Source: Bilabrum cf. latius (Eukaryota). From it: a DNA stretch of 64,000 bases. Both the position numbers and the translations under genes were made by a program. The notes beneath the pieces are model-generated. The model had not been told where the DNA came from and made no database searches. It saw only the letters and a program-made list of their open reading frames with translations. The stretch spans positions 124,001-188,000 of the forward strand of contig OZ237767.1 of the NCBI GenBank assembly GCA_965178125.1, written 5' to 3'. Below are positions 46,415 to 59,610 of this stretch, in pieces. Numbering within the stretch: position 1 is the stretch's first letter; every line of letters starts with the position of its first letter.

Positions 46415-48652
46415 TCAATTGGGGCGGTGGACCGCATGTTTCCATTGGTCCAGCCGCATGATCCGATCCAGTCGCTCTGGTCTGCCAATTGTCACGCCGG
46501 GCATGTGCGTTCGAATTGCCTGCACAAGCGCTGTGCATTCCTTACACAGCTTCCGTGCCTTGTTCTCGATCGATCCGCTCCCGAGCAGCCAATCGTACCT
46601 CAGCTGCCGCTCCCACATACACGTCTCGCTGTAAAACAGGCGCCTGTCACCCCAGCCGAATTGCTCGTACGCATCGAGGCAGCTAAGTGTCCTTGGTAAA
46701 TGGTATCGATGGGTCAGGAGCCCAAATGAAACGCAGGAAGGGGGCCCTGGGGACACATTGTCAGTAGAAACAACAGTCTCCGCCGGGTCGCCCTATCGAC
46801 TGCATGTATCCAGCACACCTGCGGCTTTAATCTGCAAATTGATGAACTGCTCTGCATCCCTCAAAGTGGCCTCATCTTGCTATGCAAATGCTCGAATCTG
46901 TTTCCACGACTGCGGTCCGAACAACAAGACCCGAAGTGCCCTGATAGCAGCCTTAGAGCACAATCTGTCCGTCGGGTGGTCTTCAAGTAGCCCCTACAGC
47001 AGACCCCGCAGCAGCTGACCACCGAACAGGTCTTCCAGATTCTACATCTAAAGTAGATCTTGAGCTATGGCCCTGTGATGAGTCTCACTGTGCTTATTAG
47101 AACGATACTGTCGGGTGATTCGCTACAGCGCGACACTACGATCATGTCCAGGAAGAAGCGGTCGGTCCAAATTACCGGAGAAGTAGCTGAAATAGTTGTC
47201 GGGCGACAGTTCAGTGACTAACTTCGCCGCACTCCAGGCAGATGACTTCTGAAAGATCTCCCGATACGGGATCGGCCGTCGCAGGTCCCGCGCTGCCGGT
47301 GGCTTTGCAATTTCGGGTGCCACCCAGGTCAACAAACCATAGTGACACATGGCGCCACATCCTTGTCCGTCAAATGTGAGGTCCTTAGAACCAAATCCAG
47401 ATCCAGAAAATGGTTCCACGGGGTCTGCGTCCGGCCATTTTGGTGCCCAATCACCAGGCAGATCGGTCAATGGTCCCAAAGGCCAATCACTATCGCTCTC
47501 ATTGGCGCATCCGCTGCCGACCTCCCGAGCGCGCTAGGCCCGATACATTTCAGTCTCGTTGGCCTCTTTGGTGAATACACCGGCTGAGCCATGCGCTATG
47601 TCCTATTTAAAGCTTAGATCATTGTCGATTTTCTCGAGACCTTCGTACAGCTCACTTAGCTTGCCTCCATCGAACACCGGATAGCAATAAGACAGGCCAC
47701 CGAGGACTAGTCTTCCATCCGATGCGACGAATATCGTATCATCCGATATCTTCATGTGCACGACCCCCCTGCCATGCAAGTATTCAATGGCCTCTAGCAG
47801 CTGTAGAAGCCACAAGGCCCGCTCCCTCGGGCTCACCTCAGCGAATTTGCTATGTTTTCCCTAGCTGAACACCCGTCTGAGTGTCACGGTGTGTGGGGGG
47901 CTGATGTACCACGCAGTGTAGGGATGGACTCCATAATGAATCACCACTTCTGGTATCCACCACGGCACAAGCGGGGCAGCAGACCCGATGAATGTCTCTT
48001 GGACAGGCATCACGTTGGCGTGATTCTCAAGAGAAAGGTACCGAAGCAGGGCAACTCGCTCCATTGTATCAACACTAACGAACAGAGACCCTTCACCGCC
48101 AAATTCAGGAAGACCGCTCCGCACCAATACGTACCGAGCTGGGTCTCGAGAAGGCTATGCTTTCTCTGGTCTTCCTGATACCCCCGCCCCGGAGCTTGTT
48201 GCTGTCCCGTCACCCGCACTTGCTTGGCCATCTCCCCGTGATTGATCTGTGGTTTCTGACCGTACCATAACTAAAAAGCTGAACTCACGAGTTGATTTGG
48301 GCCCTGTTCCTTTCCCGGTCGGATTCTCCAGAGGCGGAATGCGACCACTCTCGAGATCGAACAACGCAATCTCGCTCGGTGGAGTTCTCGGCTTAATCGC
48401 CACAGGATCTCCGATGATTCGTTTTCCTTGATCACATTCAATGACTTGAGCACGACCCCCAAGGAGGCCCTGTTCTATTTCTTCGGGTGATGGCACGTGT
48501 GAGAGATCTAGGACTCCTTTCCGCCGATCAATGTACACCAACTTTGCCTACAGGTGGCTCCACCAGTCCGCGTGATCCGTTGGGTCGTGCCTAGCGACAG
48601 TCTTGCACTCGAGCTCAATGGCTTTTGCGTGGTTCTCATATTGCTTGTACAT
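46415..48652 (-). CDS. Protein kinase-fold pseudokinase resembling PINK1/PEAK1-type kinases (~745 aa, start uncertain); about 11 in-frame TAGs
   Basis: Six minus-strand ORFs in one frame, joined across TAGs. HANVMPVQETF, LLQLLEAIEYLHGRGVVHMKISDDTIFV, RLVLGGLSYC, WVAPEI, KSSAWSAAKLVTEL, LL*GLLEDHPTDRL...RVLLFGP. Ends in TGA. Confidence 0.7.
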
Positions 48653-48891
48653 TAGAGTAGAGGCTGAAATGCAAAATCCGTGGATCAAGTGAAACCTTAC
48701 AGTGCAATGCATTTGATCGATGTGCGTCTGCTTCTTGCACGCGACCAATTCCTGTCTTGGGTAGGTGTCAGTTGGCTACAATACGCTCCCATTTGTCATT
48801 AGTGCCTGGTCTCGCTAGTCTATACAACTGCCACACCACACACAGTGTCACACGCCACGCTGCTCACACACCCGCACCACTCATCACACCG

Positions 48892-51800
48892 TCAGTCGTC
48901 CTCCTTCCCCTCCCCTTTCCCCTCCCCCGCGCCACCGCCTGCCTCCCTCGCGAACAGCAGCACCGGCGCCCTGTCCCCGTACCCAGCAAGGGCCACCAGA
49001 TGCTCCGTGGGGTGCCAGTCCACCCCCAGCATGGGGTAGCCCCTCCCGTGACCCACCACGCTCTCGGAGGCACCCCCCGTGGCCTGCGCCGCCCCCTCCA
49101 GCACCACCCCAGTGTCTGCGTCCCACACGCAGATCTCACCGTCCTCGCTGCCACTGGCTAGAAGCCTGCCATCAGGGCTGAACACCGCGTTGATCCGCGA
49201 TGTCTCGCAGGACAAACCGGGGTATTGCCTCAGAATCTGCAGCGTTCGTCCTCGCACCTCTGCGAGGCCAAGATACGACGGCTACCCCAGCATGGCCAGT
49301 TGCGGCCGGGAAGGCCTGGGCACAATGCTGACGAGTGGGCTCTCCTTCATCCCCTCTGGTCTCACGATGGAGAGAGGGACGTAGGTCACCGGGTCCAGGG
49401 CGGATCGCTTGATCTCCTCTCGCGCCTGCCTCCGGGCACAAGGCCCCATGTCCTTTGTTCCACCGCGACCCCTCGCGCGGTGGGGGTCACCCACCGTCCA
49501 GAGAACAACGCAGCCCAGTGCATCTGCGCTCGCCATCCTCCTGCCCCTGCCCGCAGGAGGAAACACCACAGAGTTGACGTGCGACTTGTGAGGCGAGACG
49601 AGTGGACCGCTCTCCTTCCCGCCAGCACCAGCACTAGTACCAGCCGTATTACCTTGGAACGAGTCTGCCTTGACGAGTGCGCCGAAGCCACCTGCCGGTG
49701 CCATGCTCCCATCGCCTCCGTGGGTATGGCCCGCCCTCGCCCTGGCCGCCGCCGCCCCCCTGCTCCTAGTGCGCTCAAGGATCGCCTCAATGTCATCGCC
49801 CCCCGCCCCCGCCCCTCCTCCTCGGCCCCACCCCTTGCCGCCCCTTCCGCCCTTATTGGATGACCCGCCGGATCCTCTGAGCCCATCAGGGCCCACTGCA
49901 ATGCCCTGCAGCCTGCCGGCCAGCGGCCAGGATCTGCTGGATCGTTCCGCGTCCTCCGCCGCCCTGAGCACGCAGAACATCGCCCTCGTCACATGCTTCT
50001 GGTGCCTCCGCTCGGCCCGCGCCTCCTATTCCCGTCTCCTTGCTTCTTCGTCCTCGTCTTGTTCCCCCCCATTAGCATCCTCGCCATTCATGGCCTCGCC
50101 CCAGTGCCCCCTCGGAGTGGCTGCATTGCTGCCCCCGCCCTTGCCCCTGTCCCCTGCGCCCAGGAAGGATGACCCGACCCCCACACCGTCCCCGTCACCG
50201 TCACCGTCCTCGTCCTCGGACGATTCAAACCCATCGTCCTCATCCAACCCATCGCCATCGTCGCCGCCGTTCCCGAGCCTTGGTCGCCGCGTGTATTCCC
50301 CGGCGGCACCCGCCATCCCCCCCTTGTTCCCTGGCTCGGGCGCCCCCGCTACGGGGACACCCGTGTCCCACACCTGCAGGTGGCCGTCACCCGTCCCCAC
50401 CAACACCGCCCGTGGGTTCGCAGGGTGGAAGGCAACGGTGTAGCAGAGGGAGGGGGGCACCGTCTGGAGAACAGCGGCGAGGGCAGGCGCTCGGCTGGCC
50501 AGCCCTTTCGTGAACTCTCCCGCGCGGGGGCCGGGGGAGGGCGCGTCGGGTCTGCCGTTTGCCGCCCGCACCGCTCTGTTGAGCTGTGCGTCCATGGGCG
50601 CGTCTGTCGGTACCATCCACAGCCTGCACGTGCCGTCCGCGGAGGCGGTGAGAAGCCAGTGCCAGGGGCTGGTGCGGGGTGACAGCACGCTACCCATCCC
50701 ACGAGCAGGTTCCGCACCCTGCGCGGCGCCGGCGCCCACCCCTGGCCACCACTTCATGTCGTGCACGAGCCCAGTGTGCCCCAACAGAACCGCACCGTCG
50801 TACCGCCCAGGCGACACCCGCGCTGCACCACCAGGCACTGCACCTCCAACGGTGCGACCCTCGCCGTCGCCGCCCGTCCCTCCAGACACATTTCGTCTCG
50901 CCCTCGCCCTCGCCCGCGCCGCCCGCCCACCGGTGGATTGACGGCCACGGCCACGCCCCGCGCCCCCGGCGATATCGTCATCGTCATCGCCATCGTCGTC
51001 CATGCCCGGTGGCGCATCGTCCTCCCACTCGACGCGGTCCTCCGGGTCACCCTGTGCGGCAATGACGTCAGCGGTCACCAGGTCGTAGATCCTGACGTGG
51101 TGCACTTCCGCAAGCCCGCCCGGCTCCACCACACCCATGGCCCCGCCGGGCCCGGGTCCCTGCCGCGGCTGGGCCTGCGAGGAGCCCTTGGTGTCCCGAC
51201 CCGCGCACGCCACCGCCAGCAGCCTCCCGCAAGGACTAAATCGGACGCACACTGCACCTAACCGCCCGGCAGGCAGCGAGCTCCTGTGCGTGTCCGGCGC
51301 CAGGCACTGCTGCCGCGGGCGGCGCCTCCTCCTCTGCGCTCGCCGCGTCGTCACCCTGACCTGAGGGCTGAGGTCAAGGCCCTGCACGGGGACCACAGAG
51401 CCGCCAAGAATACCGTTCAGTTTCTCCTCCGCCTCAGCGCGGGTGGCCGTGGCCTCCCGGACGGTCTCCTCGAGGGGGTTCTCTTCGATCTCCTCTCGCC
51501 GTTGCGACCGGTCGTCCCCGCGGATGGTCGCAAGGGACAGACCCGGGTCCCGCAGCAGGGCGAGTGATCTGGCCCCCATCGGGAACCGGCGCGGCAGCAG
51601 AGCCCACGAGGGGGGCCCTCTCCGGGGAACAACGGCGGGAATACTCGTCACACCCGTGCCTGCGCGGCCGCTTGCGGAGGTGACAATCTGCAGAGCGCCG
51701 GCACCACCGGACCCCGACTGGAGGGCTGCGTCCCGCTCCAGTCCCCTCGTTGGGGTCACGGGGACGCTCCGGGGGTCGGCCTGGTCCAGACCGTACACGT

Positions 51801-53796
51801 CCGACTCGGCAGTGGCACCAAGCCCGTCACGATCGCCTTCTCGGCGCGGGGTAGTGCCTCCAGAAGTGGGCTATCCACCGGTGGATCGAGCCGCGTCAAT
51901 GTCCGGCTGGGTCACGAGATCAGATCGGTGCGGAACGGCCGCGGTGGCGCTGACGTGGAGGTGCATGGGCAGCTCGTGGCGGCGGGTTATGCGGAACTGG
52001 AGGAACACGCTCGGACTCGGAATCCAGGGCAGACCCGGCTGCCGCCTGCGGTCACCAACCTCGATCGCCCTCGCTGTGACGTCAGCGGCGTGTTCCCTGG
52101 CTTCCTCAGCCGTGGGCTCGATCCACTCGTGCATCCGGATGGGCAGTCGCCTCCCTAGCACGGAATCCGGCAGCACGCCTTCGCCCGGGCCGCCGCCGTC
52201 CGCGTCGTTGTTCCCTGAGAAATCGGTTGCAACCGGGGCGCTCCCCACGTCGAGGTGCCTGGCCGCCGCGTCGCAAGCCAGATCCACCCGTGGACTGCCG
52301 TCAGGAGCGATCAGCCTGAGGTAGCCCCACGCCACTGGCCTGCCCTGCTCGTGCACCTCCTCCGCACCGGGTGTTCCCGGCTTGTTCCCTACGATGCCCC
52401 GGCGGTGGGAGGGCGTGCCTGCCTCGGCGGGGAGGGAGGGGGAGGGATCGATCAGCTCCACGAACAATGTGATTCCAGGGCGCGCCACCCACGGCAAGCC
52501 CGTGAGTTTGGAGAGCTGCTGCTCCCCAGATGGAACCCCGGTGCCGGCACTCGGCGAAAAAGGATCCTATCCGTCCCCACCCTGACCACCCTCGCCGGTT
52601 TGACCACCCTCATCGAGCCCCGCAGCCAGCCTCCCTTCGCTGGCGGCCCCCAGGTCCCACAGCAGGGTCTGTTCCCAGCGCGGATGCCCGCCCAGCGAAC
52701 CCGCCCCCGACCATCCCAACGAGTGGTCATGCTGCGACTGGGAGCGGGGCTGGTAGGCCCCGTAGGTTCCACCAGCGCGCGGCGCCGCTGCTCCCCCGAA
52801 CGACACGGCCCGTGGCATCTTGTCGCCCGCCCCAGACGCTCCACCGAGGGTGTTCCGGACGCTTCGGTCGCCAGCGCGGGATCGATACCCGGTGCCCGCA
52901 GCTCCAATCATCGTGGCCTCGGCCCCGGCAGCGGAACCGGCATTGCGCGCGCCGCTTCCATTGTTCCCTGCTTTGCTGGTGGTGCATGGCATGGTGGCGC
53001 GCGGCGTGGCGGCGTCAAGAAGAGCAGCCCCGATCCCTCCCACGACCGCCTGCGCCCGCGCCCCGATGTGGCCCATGAGAGTGCCGTGAGACTGTCGCAG
53101 CTCGGGTGCAGTGCACTGCTGCGAATGCCGCGTGGGCCGCTTCGATTGCGCGAGTGCCTGCGGGGGCAGGACGGCCCACCGACCGGTGGTCTCGTCCACG
53201 ATGTGGGCTCGCACAAGTGGCTGCCTGCAATAGGGGTCCGAAATGTTGCCGTCTAACCCGTGAATATGCAGCGCGAGTGATCTGCCAGCACCCCTAGAAA
53301 GCACCCCGAATGGATCGGACCACGCTCCAGGGTTTGGTGGTGCTGCGGGCGCTGGCAGTGGCTGCAGTGCAGCGCCGGCCAAGCAGCCGCCCGACAGCAC
53401 TCGCCACGCTCGGCTCAACAAACCGCTGCAAGTGCCACAGCAATCGTATGCGGATCCACAACTATCGTATACGGTACCAGCAGGAGGCGATAATGACGAC
53501 GCTGCAGGCACATTTGCGGTACAGGCTTGTGAATCCGGCACTGGATTCGTCTCGTGTAGTGCCGGTGCGGCCGGACCAGCACGGCCGACCTACTCATCTG
53601 TATAATCCTATGTTGCTCGACCTGGTGCCTATGCATCTGCCGCTGTACTAGCTTTCGGGTAGCTTGCTGGAGCTTGGTGATCTGGTTCTACGGCAGCCGA
53701 TGCTTCGGCAGCAGCGGCACCAGCACCACCATCTCGTGACGATGCTCTCCTATTTTGTAGGCTCCTATCTTTGTCTTTCTTGCCTTGACGCGGCAT
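48892..53796 (-). CDS. AHI1: Jouberin/AHI1-like ciliary transition-zone protein (C2-like domain plus WD40), single frame, ~1634 aa; seven in-frame TAGs
   Basis: LALHIHGLD..SDPYCRQPLVRAHIVDETTGRW, PRWEQTLLWD, LFVELID, VAWGYLRL, LPAGRLGAVCVRFSPCGRLLAVAC, GHTGLVHDMKW, LLTASADGTCRLW, PSLCYTVAFHP, HKSHVNSVVF and FSPDGRLLASGSEDG appear in AHI1 order. Ends in TGA. Confidence 0.85.
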
Positions 53797-53915
53797 CAAG
53801 ATGACCGAAATTCACCTCCCAATCATAACGGCTATCACTTATTTTATACAGTGTACTTAACTATACGAAATCTGAGTTAGGTCCATACGTGGGTGCAAGC
53901 AATTTATATCACGCC

Positions 53916-56592
53916 ATGGGAGCATGTGGATCTAGTCTTATTTCAGGTGCCGACGCATCCGGCAAATATTTTGATCGAGATTCATCCACTGAGGCCAAAT
54001 CGCGCAGTGATATAGATCAAAGCACTTATGAGACTGTTGGGGCCTCGAGCATTTTTGTCACTCCTGTAAGCTATATGCATGCGTTCAAGTGATTTACCAT
54101 CTACTTTTTTGGATGGTAAAAGACGTGACAAATTCTAGACACTCATGCTGTACTTACTTGCAACGCAGGGTACCACGTAGGGAGCTGCCGGTGGTTCAGG
54201 CAGCCGAGGAGATGCGGGTGGCGACGCGGAGCGTACGCTACCTCTTGCAAGGACTAAAGTTCCAGACAGCCCAACGAAACTCCGATTGAATCTGTGGTAG
54301 TCCATGAAAGACACGGCAAGACAAGGCAGCAATAGTACGACCCCACAATGGGAGCAAGATGTCCCCGAGAATTTGTACGACGAGAATGCTGACCAAGGAA
54401 TCATGTGGGCTGACAGTCCAAGGGCTAGTCGACAAGATATTTATAGAAGCGATTCAAGAGGGTCTACAGTATGTAGCGGTGACGTATCCGCGAGACTGTC
54501 GGAATCCCAAGTCGGAAAGCAAGATGCTGCTGCTCTCAGCACAGCTCAGCCCTTCTCTGCCAGGTCGGGGGGCGTATCGGAACCGGCCGCAGCAACTTTC
54601 GAGGCCGAAACAGACGAGTCTTCATCTCAAGGGGGTTCCAATAGCGATGACCACTCGCTTCCAGGGCACGCGCTGCCTGCCAGTCCCAGGCCGAACGAGG
54701 AACATCACGACGCTGTGAGCACCGTACGCGTCGTTGCTGGGGATTCCGAGCACTCTGCAACAGGGAATGCACGTACGAAGAGCTAGAGCGCAGGAAACGG
54801 TCATGCTTTGCACGATCAAGAGCAGCCAGTTGCGCGTGCAAGTGGGCACGTGCAAGCATCCGCAGCAGCCTCGACATCGTCCTCAGCTGGTAGCGGGACT
54901 GCCACTAGCCCACCAGGTGAAGAACAAAGGAAAGAAATGGATGGTGGTATTCAAGTCATCAGCGGCAGTAGCTCGGACGATGAAGAGCTCGATGGCGCCG
55001 TGAATCTCGTCGCCGCGAGCGAGAGCGGGGAAGCCCAGGTGGCGACCCGCGTGCCATTTTCCCCCGTGCAGCCCAGCGTGGAGATCCCACAGCACAGCCA
55101 GCGCGCCAGGGAATACCTTGCACATGGATCTACCCCCGAAACAGCGCACGACTCGGTAAGGAGAGATGGTTCGGCTGGAGCGGCGAGCGGTTCTCACGCG
55201 CATGGGGACGGCCACACTCATATTGCTTTGGGCTCTAGGGGAGGCCCTCACGACATGATGGGCGGTTTTCGGGTGTCGCGGAGAGGCGATTAGGATCATT
55301 GGGGTCCACACGGGGAGATGTTTGAGGCGGGGAGCGCGGAAGTGGCCGCTGCTTCCAAGGCGGACGACGATTCGATCCTCATCGACGCTGGTGCATCCCT
55401 GGTCGCCCTCAAGTCCATCGCCCGACAGCTTGACACGACTATGAAGCTAGCCGACCTTGTTCCCGTCAGGACCATCGGGGTCGGCACGTTCGGGCGGGTG
55501 AGGATGGTGCGGGACAAGAGGACGGGCAAGCTGTACGCTCTCAAGACGCTGCAGAAAGCCAGGATTGTGCGCCTCAAGCAGCAGCGCAACGTCTGCTACG
55601 AGAAGGCGGTGCTTGCTTCCATCCGCCACCCTTTCTTGATCCAGTTGCAGGCCGCTTTCCAGGACGAGGAGTGCATGTACCTGGTGCTGGAGCTGGTGCA
55701 AGGCGGAGACTTTGTGGGGAGACAGGCAGAAGTGGTTGTGTTCGAGGAAGCATCCGCTCGTTTCTACGCTGCCTGCGTGCTGAGCGGGCTGGCCCATCTG
55801 CACGAGAGGAGGATCTTGTACAGGGACCTAAAGGTGAGATGAGTTCTGCGGCTGCCCGTTCCTTCGTGTGCCGACCGTATCACGCCTCCTCCACCCCACG
55901 CTGCTCCCCCTGGATGCCTCCGTACCGCCAACTCTAACGCACATGTTTTGTTGCCTGTACCCTTGCACTATCATCATCCAATCGCTTTGGGACCCCCGCA
56001 GCCTGACAACCTGCTTGTGGACACTACTGGCTATGTGAGGCTGTGCGATTTCGGCTTCGCAAAGTACGTTCCGGCCGGCTCCATGACGCGAACGCTGTGC
56101 GGGACCCCCGATTTCCTGGCCCCAGAGTGCTTGCTGAAGAGCGGGCACCATGAGGGTGCCGATTACTGGGCCCTCGGCGTGCTCATCTACGAGATGCTGT
56201 CTGGTGACAGCCCGTTCGCCTCGGATGACGGTGACCAGGTGGAGACCTTCAAGCGGATTCTGAACTGCCAACGCACTCTCGCGTTTCCCTTGGAGATGCG
56301 GAGTGAACAGCGTGCCGCTGTGAAGCTGCTCACTGGGCTGCTGCAAAAGTCGATGCCGGCTCGTCTCGGCTGCCGCCGTGCAGGCGTGTCTGAGATCCTG
56401 TACCACGAGTGGTTTTCGGCGATCGACTTTGGCAAGTTGCATCGCAGGGAGATTAAGGCACCATGGGTGCCGAAGCTCGAGTCCGAGGACGACACGCAGT
56501 TTTTTGATGACTTCTCTTGTGAAGAGGAGGAGGAGGACGAGGAGGAGCGGCTCAAGCCAGGGACAGACATGGCCTGGTGCAAAGATTTTTAA
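53916..56592 (+). CDS. PKA-catalytic-like AGC kinase A with MGACGS acylation motif and long disordered N-terminus. Exons 53916-54065, 54169-55833, 56002-56592; four in-frame TAGs
   Basis: IGVGTFGRV, YALK, YRDLK|PDNLL, DFGFAK, TLCGTPDFLAPE, DYWALGVLIYEM, APWVPKL, WCKDF-TAA. Confidence 0.9.
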
Positions 56593-56790
56593 GTGGTGGT
56601 ACTGCGTTTACTAGTTGGAACATTTTTAAATATTTAAAAGAATCAATTCTACCCTTCATGCAATATTTCGACGACATCAATCAATAAAGGATCTGGGCAT
56701 AAAGAACGTTCCTTAAACTATTGAATCAGAACGAACCTCTGGAGCCGTGCGTGGTAGTTTACCTTACGTAGGTAGTTCGTAACCATTAAA

Positions 56791-59294
56791 ATGGGTGTTT
56801 GTGGGTCGTCCCTCGCAGTGTAGACAAAACCAGCAGATAATGCTATGCAGGATGGCTCACTTGAGTTCCCTGGCAGCGATGGTCCCCGTTATCGAGGCAA
56901 GGATGTAAGCGTGCTGCTCTTTGCTTGGCGTCTCGCCTGCGCAAGCCGCAATAACCGCCCTATCCGCCATATTTCCTACAATATATTTGCTTAAAATCGT
57001 GTTTTCCCTCCACCGCTGGATTTAAACTTCCCAAGGCTCGCAGGAAGTGGCTCAATACAACACAAGCAAAGCAGGCAGCCTTAGCAACATGGCGACCCGA
57101 CCGCCCAATGCAACCGGACAACGCGCGTGTGGAGCTGTACAACGGATGTAGCATGGCAGCAAAGGTGATACTTATATGCATGACATTCTCGAGCCCGCGG
57201 AGGATCGCACAGGAGAGGTACCAGGCAACGTCAATGCGGAGGCAAGGCCAACAAGCACGGCAAAGTCCGCCTGGCATGATAAAACCAATCGTCATGGCAG
57301 GTCCCAGACTGGTCTTGGTCTGGCTCCAGGAGCAATTAGGGATGGATCATCGTACAGCGGTTTCAGCGATTCGTTTACACGACTTTCTCAAGTATCTGGA
57401 TCCCTGATCGATTTCAAGGTGAGCGTAGCTAGCTCTGCACCATTCGTGGCTGGACACATGCCGTCGCATCGCGTGCGCCAGTACCAGATAAAACAGAACA
57501 CTTCTTAGGGCTAGCTGAACTCCCAGGCGTCTACGCGGACGCTGGGGTCCACATCCTCGGGGTCGAGGTCGCAGACGAGGACGGGAGCTAGCACGCCTCG
57601 GAGCGTCCAGTGGCCGCAATCGAGCATGGTACAGCTACCAACAGCCTCCGACCGCACTTTAGGTGAGCACAATACATCCCAAAGGAGCTCTTCTACGTTT
57701 GAATGCTAAGTTTTGCACCTCAAACACGGTGATTTTGCTTGCCAGGGGGCAGGATCGTGTCCGTGGTATTGGCTTCTATCCGTCTATGAGCTAGCATTTC
57801 TGTATGTGACCATACTTTAGCACTACTGGCAGCTGCAACCCATACAACTGTCCATTGGTCCAGCTCTTGCGCGCAGGTGAGCCTGGTAAAGCACATCACG
57901 AACGCATCCATCGAGGCTCCAAGGCTGCGAGAAGGCAGCGCGAGAAGCGAAACCGCAACATGCCGAGGAGTATGAGCGCCAGAGAGCGTACAATTGCCCT
58001 GGCTGCCGGTGGGTCAGTATCCCGCTGCAGAAAATCGCCGGTGCTGCTCAGCGCTCGCGCCAAGCCAACGGTTGCAATCTCGAGTGGAGCCGGGGTGGGA
58101 GCGGCAGGGGGCGGCGCCGGTCGTGCAGTAGGTCGGCAGGAGGAGTCAATGAAGTCGGAGGACGCTGCAGATGCAACGGATGGGTCTCTGGAGGCCCTCA
58201 AGTCTATCGCAAGGGGTCTAGACACGTCGATGAAGAGAACTGACCTGGTGTCGCTGAGAACCATCGGCGAGGGCACATTCGGGCGAGTAAGGATGGTGCG
58301 GGACAAGAGGGATGGCGAACTATATGCGCTGAAATCCATGACGAAGGCGTCCGTGATTAGGATGTCGTACCAGAGTTACGTCTGCTACGAGAAGGCGGTG
58401 CTTGCCGCCATCCGTCACCCGTTCCTGATCCAGCTGCAGGCCGCTTTCCAAGACGAGGAGTGCATGTACCTTGTAATGGAACTGATTCAAGGCGGAGATT
58501 TGGCCACCCGATTGGGGCACGTAGGTGTGCTGAGCCAGTCGTCGGCTCGTTTCTACGCTGCCTGCGTGCTGAGCGGGCTGGCCCATCTCCACGAGAGGAG
58601 GATCGTGTACAGGGACCTAAAGGTGAGCATGCATGCGCTATTTGAGCTAGCACTAAGTCTGCCGTATCTCGATATGCCTGAACCGTTTGCGCCGATGCCT
58701 TTTTCTGCGCAGCCCGAGAACCTTCTGCTAGATACGAGCGGATACATCCGCATTTGCGATTTCGGCTTGGCAAAGCACGTCCCAGCAGGGGAAACGACCA
58801 ACACGTTATGCGGGACACCTGATTTTGTTGCTCCAGAGTGCCTGCTGGGCAGAGGACATAGTGAAGGTGCCGACTACTGGGCGCTGGGCGTTCTCATCTA
58901 TGAGATGCTCTGCGGGAACACCCCGTTTGCATCCAGCGACGGGAATCAAATCAAGACGTTTAAGCGCATCATTCGAGCTGACAGGTCCCTGACCTTCCCG
59001 AAATTCACCCAGGATGTGGCACCCAACGCTGTCGTCTTGATTCGAGACCTGCTGCAGAAGAATCTAGCGGACCGGCTTGGCTGCCGTCGACCAGGTGTGC
59101 TCGAGATCATCCAACACGAGTGGTTTTCAGCAATAGACTTCGATGAGCTGCTGCAAAAGAGACTCAGGGCGCCATGGGTTCCGAAGCTCACATCGAAACA
59201 AGACAGCCGATACTTTACAGAGTGCACGGCAGAGGTAGACATCAGGGATACCCTCGCTGTTGACGCCGACATGGAGTGGTGCAAAGATTTCTGA
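56791..59294 (+). CDS. PKA-catalytic-like AGC kinase B with MGVCGS motif. Exons 56791-56904, 57044-57662, 57877-58622, 58713-59294; four in-frame TAGs
   Basis: IGEGTFGRV, YRDLK|PENLL (90-nt stop-free intron at the same position as in kinase A), DFGLAK, CGTPDFVAPE, WCKDF-TGA. Confidence 0.88.
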
Positions 59295-59610
59295 TATGCA
59301 CTGGTGACGATTTGGCAGCTGTTTGAGACACTGTGCTTTGGCCACGTATCCAGGATTCCTGCTGTCTATCGATTCGCGTTGCCAGCAGTGTGTACGTACC
59401 CTCTGCTACATACCAAATCGCCAATTTAGCCCTACTAGTGCATGCATTGTCATATTCGATGCAATTAAGATATATTCTTAGATTGAATTCTGCGTTCTGT
59501 TCGTTCAGGCCCTGTCATCGTCACTGTGGCACCCGCTGGGCCGTGGTGACAACGCACTATGTGGCACGAATCGCCGCAGGTAACGTGTGTGTAGTAGCTT
59601 CGCGAGACAA

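Noticed and set aside
58623-58712. 30-aa insertion in the catalytic loop of kinase B as shown in the ORF track
   Set aside because: It is a 90-nt GTGAGC...CGCAG intron at the same position as the introns in kinases A and C.
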